A stretch of DNA of 64,000 bases from NCBI GenBank assembly GCA_963716175.1, contig OY970296.1:4096001-4160000 (forward strand), read 5' to 3'. Shown here in pieces: positions 41,735 through 50,635 of this stretch. A program made the translations under genes and the position numbers. This DNA comes from an uncultured Armatimonadetes bacterium. Lineage in GTDB: Bacteria; Armatimonadota; Hebobacteria; Hebobacterales; Hebobacteraceae. Position 1 is the first letter of the stretch. The number at the start of each line of letters is the position of its first letter. The notes beneath the pieces are model-generated. The model had not been told where the DNA came from, ran no database searches, and was given only the letters and a program-made list of their open reading frames with translations.

Positions 41735-44178
41735 CAGATTGGCCCTCGGGTGAGGTAGGTGCTGACGAAGACCTGGTGCCAGGCCTCCTGCAGAGGGGCT
41801 TTGCGGGGAGCGCCGGCGAGGCCGGCCACCAGCTCCTGGAGGGTAACCGAGCGCCCGGTGGTGACCCAGGTGCTGCGGGCGCGCACGCTCAGCCCGCGCA
41901 CCGCGATGGGCCCCCAGTCGTTGGCCGCGTGCGTGAGCAGAGGATAGGCGAGGGGGCAGACCCACTCGATGTGGGCCTCGGTGCCGAGGTTGAAGTTCAC
42001 GGCGGCGGGGGCGCCGATGGCGTGCACCTCACCCTCCACGAACTCGGGCCGGCCGGTGGTGGGGTTGTCCCAGTAGTAGTCTATGGCGACGGATTGGCCG
42101 GCCTCGCTGAGGGGGAAGTAGATCTGCTGGCGTTCGGCCCAGGCATCGAGCCTCCAGCCATAGGTGAGCTGAGTGGGGTTGGCGCCGGTGGGCGGCCCCC
42201 CGGGCAGGCCGTTGAAGGAGCGCGCGTACTGGCGGGCGGCGAGCGAGAGCTGCACCCCCCAGTCGTTCTGGGCGCGGCAGAAGATGCGATAGGTGCGCCC
42301 TCCCCGGTTCGGGGTGTCTATGTCGGGGTTGTAGCCATAGACGCGGGCCGGGCTGTAGTTGAAGTAGAGCAGCCCTTCCTTGTAGTCAACATTGAAGCGC
42401 ACCCGGCGCATGAACGGGTTGGTGGGCCAGCCGCCGGTCTCGGCCAGCTCGTTATCGCTGAGGATCTCGCCGCTCTGGCGGTCCACCGCCACCACGTAGG
42501 CGTAGCTCCGCTTGTCAGTCACCCAGGTGCTCAGGTCTCGCACGTCATTGCCGTTGGCGTCGTAGATCCGCCTCACACCCCTGCCGACCTCCTGAGGTAC
42601 GGGCTGGCGGGGAGGGTTCATGTAGCCCGCGGACTTGAGACTGCCCACCGGGAGCTGGACCGAGACGCTGGCGAGCTGGTCGAGCAGGGCCTTCTCGGCC
42701 GCGGTGAGCTGAGCCACCGACTTGCGCATCAGCCAATCCTCCAGCGCAAAAGGCGGGACCTCCACATCGAACACCAGGATCTGCCAGTCGGCGACGCGGT
42801 AGTCCGCTTTCGCCACCGTGATGTCGGTGTCGCGCGGGTCGGTCTGAAGCCCGGGGGCGAACAGGATGCGGCCGCTGACCGTGCTCTCCCCGTCCACATA
42901 GTAGCCGTTGCGGGGCCAGTCCTTCAGCGCCAGCGCGCTCTGCCTGTACCCGTTGTACTGCTCAGCGGTGAGCGCGTTCATGCGCTCGTAGACCTGAATG
43001 CTGTTTGCATCCACTCCGAGAGGGAGGGTGGGATCGCCTGGCCCTATGCTGCCCGAAAGCACCTTCACCGTCACGCCGGTCACCCGCTGCCGGCTCAGCG
43101 GATCGGCGTAGTCCACCTTGAAAAAGCGCGCCATCATCGGCGTCTTGGTGCCCGGGCCGAAGTAGAGCTGACCGGTCTCCGTCTTGAGTGTGAACTCGCG
43201 CTCCAGGAGCTGGAAGGGGTCGGCGGATTTGGGTGCGTAGTGCCAGGGCCGGGCGTCGTAGATGTCGAAGTAGACTTGGCTCAGCGTCTGCGTCACTCCC
43301 ACCGTCGGCACCGCGCTCTGTGGTTCATACCGCAGCACGTCCACCGGGGCGTGGGAGAGCAGATAGAAGGGCACGCCGAAGCCGGTCTGGGGCAAGGTGC
43401 GCAGGTCCATGCGCTCGCCGAGGATGGTGCGCGGCAGATACAGGCTGTTGGGCTGCCAGTTGGGGTGGGGCTGGCCGGCCCGTTTGCCGTCCGAGCCCAG
43501 CATTTTCTGGGCGCCATCGAACTGGCTGGGCGTCAGGTCGGCGGGGTTGTAGACGAAGGGCCGCGCGATCCGGTCCAGGTCGGCGATCTGGGCCGTCCCG
43601 AGCGGGAGAGGCGAATAGCGCGCCGCGTCGCCGTAGACCAGCAACTGCCGCAGGCTGCCGCTGTCGTTGGTGACCGTGGCCGGGATCACCTTTCCGTCAT
43701 AGTCGGTGGCGATGATGGCATCCGGGAGCGCGTCCGGGTCGAGCTTCCAGCGGCCCAGCTCGGCGTCGGCGAGCTGGGAGGCGGTGGTCTGCTGCTGGCC
43801 GGCCTCGATGGCGGTGTAGCCGGGGGGGAAGACGCGCAGCATTCCATACACGCCGATGAGCAATACCACCAGCGCGATCAGCAGCTCGATCAGGGTGAAT
43901 GCGCGGGCCGCTCGTAGGGCGGGCGTGGCCAGGTCCGACGGGTCGGACCGCCATGGCGGCCTGTAGGGTGTATCGCAAAAGGGCTCACCGCGGGTGAGCG
44001 ACTTCAGCCAGGGGGCCTGCGAGGCAACTGGGCAGGAGCAAGCTCCTGCCGAACGGGTTTCGCGATACACTCTGCAGGGTCTAGCCGTTCCCAGGCCCGG
44101 CAAGGCTGGCATGGGAATGCCAGCCCTACCATCACCCCGGCGCCGCCGATGGAAACCGATCACGCCTGTTGCGACCAT
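41734..44178 (-). CDS. Large prepilin-type (PilV/GspI-like) protein with repeat-filled leader
   Basis: RA|FTLIELLIALVVLLIG, ASQLADAEL. Confidence 0.82.
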   Translation of the reverse strand: MVATGVIGFHRRRRGDGRAGIPMPALPGLGTARPCRVYRETRSAGACSCPVASQAPWLKSLTRGEPFCDTPYRPPWRSDPSDLATPALRAARAFTLIELLIALVVLLIGVYGMLRVFPPGYTAIEAGQQQTTASQLADAELGRWKLDPDALPDAIIATDYDGKVIPATVTNDSGSLRQLLVYGDAARYSPLPLGTAQIADLDRIARPFVYNPADLTPSQFDGAQKMLGSDGKRAGQPHPNWQPNSLYLPRTILGERMDLRTLPQTGFGVPFYLLSHAPVDVLRYEPQSAVPTVGVTQTLSQVYFDIYDARPWHYAPKSADPFQLLEREFTLKTETGQLYFGPGTKTPMMARFFKVDYADPLSRQRVTGVTVKVLSGSIGPGDPTLPLGVDANSIQVYERMNALTAEQYNGYRQSALALKDWPRNGYYVDGESTVSGRILFAPGLQTDPRDTDITVAKADYRVADWQILVFDVEVPPFALEDWLMRKSVAQLTAAEKALLDQLASVSVQLPVGSLKSAGYMNPPRQPVPQEVGRGVRRIYDANGNDVRDLSTWVTDKRSYAYVVAVDRQSGEILSDNELAETGGWPTNPFMRRVRFNVDYKEGLLYFNYSPARVYGYNPDIDTPNRGGRTYRIFCRAQNDWGVQLSLAARQYARSFNGLPGGPPTGANPTQLTYGWRLDAWAERQQIYFPLSEAGQSVAIDYYWDNPTTGRPEFVEGEVHAIGAPAAVNFNLGTEAHIEWVCPLAYPLLTHAANDWGPIAVRGLSVRARSTWVTTGRSVTLQELVAGLAGAPRKAPLQEAWHQVFVSTYLTRGPI
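43914..44130. repeat. REP-like palindromes inside a prepilin leader
   Basis: GTAGGGCGGGCGTGG at 43914, GTAGGGTGTATCGC / GCGATACACTCTGC inverted pair, GGGCAGGAGCAAGCTCCTGCCGAAC, GGCTGGCATGGGAATGCCAGCCCTAC. Confidence 0.8.
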
Positions 44179-44198
44179 GTCGCCCTACTTACCACCTG

Positions 44199-45212
44199 TC
44201 ACATCACAGGTCCTGCGGGCCAGCCGGTATCGTTCTTGGGTTCCTCGAACATGCGGTTGTCTTTGCGGCTGGCCATGCGGTGCACGCTGCCATCGGCGAA
44301 GAGCACCAGGTCCTTGTCGCCGGCGCTGACCGGGCCCTCGATCCCAGGGCCACGCGGGGCCTTCGCCAGGCGATGGTTGGCGCACCAGGTGACTACGGTG
44401 TCGGCCGGGGGGTAGGGCTGGAGCAGATGGCGGTCCTCCACCCTGTCGCCGACCAGGAAATTCATGGTGCCGGGATTCCAGAAGTTCCGGCGGTAGTACA
44501 TGTCGTAGTTGTTCCAGCCGCTGAGGTCCGGCAGGCGGTCCCTGGTGGTGAGGTCGTTCTCCCTCAACTGGAGGGTGTTGGCGGGGCAGTGGAAGAGGTT
44601 GAGCCGGGTGACGTAGCCGCCGCTCCGGAACCAGAGCAGACCGTCGAAGCCCTGGCGCTTGCCGGCCACCGCCTGCCGGAGGTCGGCCCCGATTCGCGCT
44701 GTGGGCTCCAGGGTGACCGGCGGGAGCACCGAGGAGTAGATCCCCAGGTAGTAGAGGGTATAGAGCCCGAGACCGTGGACGCCGGTGTTGAGCGGGGTGC
44801 CGTCTGTGCCATAGGCGGCGTGGACGACGTCCGCGGGGTTGTCGGTGATCTTATTGGGGTCGGCCGGCAGGGGCAGGTACTCGGTGGAATCGGGAGGGAA
44901 GCACTGGTAGTCTTCGCGAAAGAGAGCGAGCGCCTGGCCGATGGCCTTGAGGTTGGCGGCGCAGGCGTTGCGTTCACCCTGGGCGCTCATGGCCTGGTAG
45001 CCGGGAACCACGATGGCGAGCAAGATGATCATGATCGCCACCACGATCATGAGTTCGACCAGGGTGAAGGCCGCTTGTAGGGCGGGTATGCGAAGCATGC
45101 CCGCCGCAGGCTGCGCCTTCTGATCGGCGGCGGGCATCCGCCTGCGGCGGATACCCGCCCTACACACGGCAACTTCCGGCGCCTGCCGGTGTAGATAGGG
45201 ACGTACGCTCAT
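44199..45212 (-). CDS. Prepilin-type N-terminal cleavage/methylation protein
   Basis: AA|FTLVELMIVVAIMIILLAI, C.ANLK.IG.AL..F, DLVLFADGSV; SD GGGGAG. Confidence 0.85.
   Translation of the reverse strand: MSVRPYLHRQAPEVAVCRAGIRRRRMPAADQKAQPAAGMLRIPALQAAFTLVELMIVVAIMIILLAIVVPGYQAMSAQGERNACAANLKAIGQALALFREDYQCFPPDSTEYLPLPADPNKITDNPADVVHAAYGTDGTPLNTGVHGLGLYTLYYLGIYSSVLPPVTLEPTARIGADLRQAVAGKRQGFDGLLWFRSGGYVTRLNLFHCPANTLQLRENDLTTRDRLPDLSGWNNYDMYYRRNFWNPGTMNFLVGDRVEDRHLLQPYPPADTVVTWCANHRLAKAPRGPGIEGPVSAGDKDLVLFADGSVHRMASRKDNRMFEEPKNDTGWPAGPVM
45077..45169. repeat. Inverted REP doublet (REPIN-like) inside a prepilin leader
   Basis: GTAGGGCGGGTATGCGAAGCATGCCCGCCGCAGGCTGCG ... ATACCCGCCCTACACACGG. 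Confidence 0.85.
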
Positions 45213-45259
45213 CCACTCCCCCCGGTCTGCGGCTGCGGTCCGGTTCACAGCGGCCCGCA

Positions 45260-46582
45260 TCAGTGCGTCAGGCGGGGCTGCTCCGCCCATTGGTACTCGT
45301 ACTGCGGGGGCCCGGCGATGATCTCGGCGGTGCCGTCAAGCCGCAGGACGATGTCGGCTCCACGGTTGGCTTGCTCGTAGGTCACGGTGGGAGCGCCCCC
45401 GCCGCGCCGGCCGCGGCCGCGGCCGCGCTCGCCCGCGGTCCCCTGGGCCGTCGCGGTGCGCCGCTCGGGCGGTTTCACCGTAGTGGTATAGGGCCGATGG
45501 TAGGGACAGCGCGTGACGATGGTGTTCTCGGGGGCATTGCGGTTGATGAGGCCGGGGAAGACGCCGCTGGGCAGGCCCACGTCGTAATTGTGGGCCGCAT
45601 CCGCAGCGTGATAGGGCAGGAGGCTGAGGCTGGCGTCGTCGGTGCCATACCAATCCCACAGGGGCCTCTGCAGGCTGTCCTGGAGGGGATAGCGCCTGTG
45701 GTCGTTCGGGTCGTAGGGATTGACCAGCTCTCCCGCGGTCTGGTCCTCAGGGTTGTAGCTGAACCAGTAGATCTGCTGGGCGAGAGAATAGGGAAGGACG
45801 TCATTCACGAAGGCGAACTTATCGTTGCCCGGCGCGTCCGCGGTTGGCCTGACCACACCGAACTTGCCCTCGGGATCCCAGAAGACCCACCGATACCAGA
45901 AGGCGATGTTGTCGGCCCAGTTCACTCGCTGATTGCCACCCGTTCCCCCCGCCACACCGGGGAGGGGAATAGGGACGTAGGCCTCGTAGCGCCCTTGTTC
46001 TATCGACTTGGAGGGGTCGGGCTGCCACCAGATATAGCCCAGCCAGTTGTAGAGCATGTTATAGCTGGAGTAGTGCTCGCCGAACCAGGTCGGGTTGAGC
46101 CAGTTGCAGCCGGGATAGGGCTGCCTGGTGCCAGGGTAATACCCACCGTCGGGCGGGTCGTACATCTGGCGGGCCTGGATGAGGAGGGTGGCCGTGGGGT
46201 CGGTCAGGAACAGGTCTTGCGTACCGTCGGCTGACCGGAGGTGGAAGGCGCCCTGCTCTGCATAAGTCTTTCCGTCCTCGATGGGATCGTCCGGGCAGAT
46301 GAGGGACTTGCGGTTGTCCAGGTAGGTGGGATAGAGGGCGTTGAACCCGCCGGCCCCGATGACCGGATCATAGGGCCCCGGAAAGCCGCCTTCCTCCAGG
46401 CGGTACATGCGCAGGGCCATGCCGAGGGAGTGCAGGTTGGAGATGCAGACGGCCTGGCGCGCCTTCTCCCGGGCGCGCATCATCACCGGCAGGCCGATGG
46501 CGATGAGCACGGTGATGATGGCGATGACCACCAGCAGCTCGACCAGGGTGAACCCGGTCCGCCGCACGCGGACAGCTTTCAT
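45260..46582 (-). CDS. Prepilin-type protein (DUF1559-like N-terminus)
   Basis: MKAVRVRRTG|FTLVELLVVIAII, AREKARQAVCISNLHSLGMALRMY, DIVLRLDGTA. Confidence 0.88.
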   Translation of the reverse strand: MKAVRVRRTGFTLVELLVVIAIITVLIAIGLPVMMRAREKARQAVCISNLHSLGMALRMYRLEEGGFPGPYDPVIGAGGFNALYPTYLDNRKSLICPDDPIEDGKTYAEQGAFHLRSADGTQDLFLTDPTATLLIQARQMYDPPDGGYYPGTRQPYPGCNWLNPTWFGEHYSSYNMLYNWLGYIWWQPDPSKSIEQGRYEAYVPIPLPGVAGGTGGNQRVNWADNIAFWYRWVFWDPEGKFGVVRPTADAPGNDKFAFVNDVLPYSLAQQIYWFSYNPEDQTAGELVNPYDPNDHRRYPLQDSLQRPLWDWYGTDDASLSLLPYHAADAAHNYDVGLPSGVFPGLINRNAPENTIVTRCPYHRPYTTTVKPPERRTATAQGTAGERGRGRGRRGGGAPTVTYEQANRGADIVLRLDGTAEIIAGPPQYEYQWAEQPRLTH

Positions 46583-46733
46583 GCTTGCACCTCGCTCCTC
46601 TGATCCTGCCTGCAAAGCGGCCGGCACCGCGCCGGCCTCGCCGCGCGAAGCACGGCGCGCCCGCGGTCATGCCTACTCTTCGTATACCCGCAGCCCCGCG
46701 GCGGCCAAACGCTGGCCCAGCTCCCACGACGCT

Positions 46734-46855
46734 GTAGGGCGGGGTCCCCTGACCCCGCCAGGCGGCTGTAGGGCGGGGTCCCCTGACCCCGCCAGGCGGC
46801 ATGCGGAGATGCCGCCCTACAGCCCGTTCGAGGGCGCAATGAATTGCGCCCCTAC
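46734..46855. repeat. REP-like cluster with a 34-bp tandem duplication
   Basis: GTAGGGCGGGGTCCCCTGACCCCGCCAGGCGGC x2, then two inverted units ending CCCTAC. Confidence 0.85.
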
Positions 46856-47781
46856 CCCATGAACAACCCCGCCCAGTGATGATACAGCGACAGGGCGGCT
46901 TTTTCCAGCGCGGCCGGGGCCAGCAGCACGGCGAGGGCCGAGACCGCGAGAAAAGGCCCGAAAGGCAGGTACTCCATGCGGCGCCGCAGCCGCAGGGCGA
47001 GCAGCGCCACCCCGAGCACCGCACCGATGGCGATGGCCAGGCCGAAGCTGAGCAGGGCCAGCGCAGGCCCCAGCATGGCGCCGATGGCCCCGGCGAGCTT
47101 GACGTCCCCTAGGCCCATGCCCTCCCGGCGGAAGAGGAGCTGGCTGAAGCCGCGGATGAAGACGAACACCAGCAGGCCCACCACGCCTCCGGCCACCACC
47201 CGGGGCACCGCCAGGGCGGTGCCGGGGAGGCGGACCGAGAGCAGCGGCTGCCCGGAGGCCACCAACAAGCCCTCGCTCAGCACCGCCGCCGCCAGGGCGG
47301 CCCATACCAGCTTGTCCGGTATGATCATATGGTCGAGGTCGGTGAACACGACCGCGATGACAACGGAGGCGAAGATCCAGTACGACAGCACCTGCGCCAG
47401 GGCCAGCAGCGTAGGCTCCCAGCCTCCAGGGGCAGGAGGCAAGCTCCTGCCCAACATACCAACGGCGGCAGGAGGCATAGTGCCAGGCCCCGACGCCTCC
47501 CAGACGGCCACGAACACCAGCCCGGTGATCAGCTCGACGCCGAAATAGCGCCAGGATATGGGGCCGCCGCAGCGGCGGCACTTGCGCCCCAGGGCGAGGA
47601 AGCTCAGCAGGGGCACCAGATCTATGGGCTGCAGCCGCACGCCGCACCGGGGGCAGTAGGACGGCGGCGCGACCACCGATCGGTCCCTGGGCAGGCGGTA
47701 GATGCAGACATTGAGGAAGCTGCCCACCACACAGCCCAGCACAAACACCAGCGGATAGGCCAGCACCCTCGGCAGCGCCAA
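46852..47781 (-). CDS. pilD: Prepilin peptidase/N-methyltransferase
   Basis: GSFLNVCIYRLP, PPSYCPRC, GRKCRRC, DLDHMIIPD, GMGLGDVKL, LPFGPFL. Confidence 0.93.
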   Translation of the reverse strand: MALPRVLAYPLVFVLGCVVGSFLNVCIYRLPRDRSVVAPPSYCPRCGVRLQPIDLVPLLSFLALGRKCRRCGGPISWRYFGVELITGLVFVAVWEASGPGTMPPAAVGMLGRSLPPAPGGWEPTLLALAQVLSYWIFASVVIAVVFTDLDHMIIPDKLVWAALAAAVLSEGLLVASGQPLLSVRLPGTALAVPRVVAGGVVGLLVFVFIRGFSQLLFRREGMGLGDVKLAGAIGAMLGPALALLSFGLAIAIGAVLGVALLALRLRRRMEYLPFGPFLAVSALAVLLAPAALEKAALSLYHHWAGLFMG

Positions 47782-47793
47782 CCGAGGGCCTCC

Positions 47794-49083
47794 TTAACCT
47801 CCGCCTCCGCCCCCGCCGCTCGATCCTTTCTCCAGCGCGCCGGACTGAAGCTCGCTGATGGCGTGAACCAGCGGCAGGAACATGGAGATCACGATGAAGC
47901 CCACGATCACGCCCAGCACCACGATCAGGATAGGCTCCAGGGCGGCGGTGAGGCTGGCCAAGGTGGCGTCCACTTCCGACTCGTAGAAGTCTGCGATCTT
48001 GGACAGCATGGCGTCCAGGGAGCCGGTCTCTTCCCCGATCGCCACCATCTGCACCACCATGGGCGGGAACATGCCGCTGCGCTGGAGGGGATCGCCGATC
48101 TGCTCGCCTTCCCGGATGGCGGCGCGAGCGGCGAGGATGGCGTCGGACATGATCTCATTGTCCACGGCCCCGGCCACGGTCTCCAGGGCCTGCAAGATGG
48201 GGACGCCGCTGACCAGCAGGGTGCTGAGGGTGCGGGAGAAGCGGGCGATGCAGATCTTGTGGTTCAGCTTCCCGAAGATGGGGAGCTTGAGCTTCATCCA
48301 GTCGGTGTGACGGCGCCCGATGCGGGTGCGCCCGTACTGGGTGACGGCGATGATAGCCAGGACGACGCCGCCGATGAGCACGTACCATCTGGTGGTGAGG
48401 AAGTTGCTTATCTGCACCATGATGCGGGTGGGCAAGGGGAGCTTGTCGCTGATGCCGAGGTCGGTGAACACCTGGATGAACTTGGGCAAGATGAAGGTGA
48501 CCAGGCCGATGACCACGCCGGTGGCGAAGACCAGCACCAGGGTGGGGTAGGTCATGGCCGACTTCACCTTGCGGCGCAGGCGCTCGTTCTCTTCCATGAA
48601 GGTGGCGAGCCGGTTGAGGGTCTCGTCCAGCACACCGCCGATCTCTCCGGCGCGCACCAGGCCCAGGAACAGGTTGCTGAAGATGCGGGGGTAGCGGCTG
48701 AGGGCGCGGGAGAGAGTCTCGCCGGACTCCACCGAGCCCTGCACCTCGCGGATGATCTGGCGCAGGCGGGCGCTCCCGGTCTGCTCCTCCAGCACCGACA
48801 GGCAGCGCACCAAAGACACGCCCGCGTCGATCATGGTGGCGAACTGCCGGCAGAAGATGGCCAGGTCCCGGCCGCTGACCCGGCCGAAGGAGGCCATGAA
48901 GCCCCCGCCCTTGGCCACGCTGGTGGTGGTCCGCGCGGCCGGGGCGCGGGCGGAGCTCACCTTTTGCACCCAGTAGCCCTTCTCCCGCAGCCGGCGGACC
49001 AGGATCTGCTCGTTCTCCGCCTCCGAGGTGCCGGTGATGACCTTGCCCAGGGCATCCTTGGCTACATAGTTGTAGGTCGCCAT
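47794..49083 (-). CDS. pilC: Type IV pilus platform protein (PilC/GspF)
   Basis: FCRQFATMIDAGV, AGEIGGVLD, SAMTYP, FSRTLSTLLVSGVP, IGEETGSLD. Confidence 0.93.
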   Translation of the reverse strand: MATYNYVAKDALGKVITGTSEAENEQILVRRLREKGYWVQKVSSARAPAARTTTSVAKGGGFMASFGRVSGRDLAIFCRQFATMIDAGVSLVRCLSVLEEQTGSARLRQIIREVQGSVESGETLSRALSRYPRIFSNLFLGLVRAGEIGGVLDETLNRLATFMEENERLRRKVKSAMTYPTLVLVFATGVVIGLVTFILPKFIQVFTDLGISDKLPLPTRIMVQISNFLTTRWYVLIGGVVLAIIAVTQYGRTRIGRRHTDWMKLKLPIFGKLNHKICIARFSRTLSTLLVSGVPILQALETVAGAVDNEIMSDAILAARAAIREGEQIGDPLQRSGMFPPMVVQMVAIGEETGSLDAMLSKIADFYESEVDATLASLTAALEPILIVVLGVIVGFIVISMFLPLVHAISELQSGALEKGSSGGGGGGG

Positions 49084-49176
49084 GCCACCGCCTCCCTAGC
49101 CCGGTATGCGGCTGTATCAAGGCCGACGCGGCTGGCCGAGCCAGGGCGCGCGGAGGATTGATACAGCCCTTTCAGG

Positions 49177-50335
49177 CTACCCTTCTTCGCCTCGCGTGAA
49201 CAGCATCTTCTTCAGCTCATCTTGATTCATCGCCCGCCCCATCGCTTCCTCGTAGGTGATCAGGCCCCGCTGGTAGAGGTCGCGCAGGCACTGATCCATG
49301 GTCTGCATGCCCAGGTGAGCGCTGGTCTGGATGATGGAGGTGATCTGGTGCGCCTTTGCCTCCCGGATCAGGTTGCGAACGGCGGGCGAGGCGACCATGA
49401 TCTCCATCGCCGGCACCCGGCCGGGAGTGCCGGCGCGGGGCAGCAACTGCTGGGAGAGCACCGCCTCCAGGTTGTTGGAGAGCTGGATGCGGATCTGCTC
49501 CTGCTGTCCGGGCGGGAACACGTCCACGATGCGGTCTACGGTCTGCGCCGCGCTGTTGGTGTGAACCGTGGAGAAGACCAAGTGGCCGGTCTCGGCGGCG
49601 GTGATGGCCAGGGCCATGGTCTCCAGGTCCCGCATCTCACCCACCAGGATGACATCCGGGTCCTCCCGCAGGGCGTGCTTGCAGCGCGGCCGGGAAGGAG
49701 CGGGTGTCGGCTCCCAGCTCCCGCTGGTTGATGAGGCTGCGGCGGTGGGTGTGGAGATACTCGATGGGGTCCTCGATGGTGACGATATGGCAGGAGCGCT
49801 CATTGTTGATCTGGCCGATCATGGCGGCCAGGGTGGTGGACTTGCCGGAGCCGGTGGGCCCGGTTACCAGGATCAGGCCGCGAGGACGCCGGCTGAGATC
49901 CTCCAGCACCAGGGGCAACCCCAGCTCGCGCACCGTGGGGATGCGGGAGGGGATCACGCGGAAGGCGCCGGCCACGGAGCCGCGATCGCGATAGACGTTG
50001 ACCCGGAAGCGGGAGATACCCTTCAACTCGTAGGAGCAGTCCAGCTCATAATCGGTCTCGAAAGCACGGATCTGCTCATCCGTGAGGATGGCGTAGACCA
50101 TGCGCTGCACTGCGAAATCCGTCAGCACCTCGTAGTTGGTGGCGAGAAGCTGGCCGTCAATGCGCAGCACCGGGGGGACGCCCGCGGCCATGTGCAGGTC
50201 GGAGCCCCGCTTCTCCACCACCAGCCGGAGCAGGTCGTCAATGTGCACTTCCTCGATGGCGCGCACCTGGGCGACGCGGGCGGTGGGCAGTCGCTGGGTG
50301 GTGGCCGCGCCCAGAGACTCACTGCCTTCTCCCAT
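49177..50335 (-). CDS. pilT: Pilus retraction ATPase (frameshift near 49681)
   Basis: [61 protein letters not shown]. Confidence 0.9.
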
Positions 50336-50635
50336 GCTAGCACTTCCTCTCTACGACAGAATGCACGTTAGTAAGGCGCATGCCGCACAACCACACTATC
50401 GGCTCCACCGGAACGCCTCGCGCCTGGCGCCGGCGGGAGGCTGTGGTCGAGCAGCACCTTTACCATCAGTTATACCGCTTGCGGCCGCCCTATCTTGATA
50501 GCGCGGGCAACAATCTGCGGCTGCCGCCCGTGCGCTGACACGGCATCGGCCGCCCTTCCCGGACGGCCGACGGCGATCAGGCCTCGAGCTGCGCGGTGAG
50601 GGCGGCTCTGCCTCCGCCCCGGCCGGCGGGCAGCA

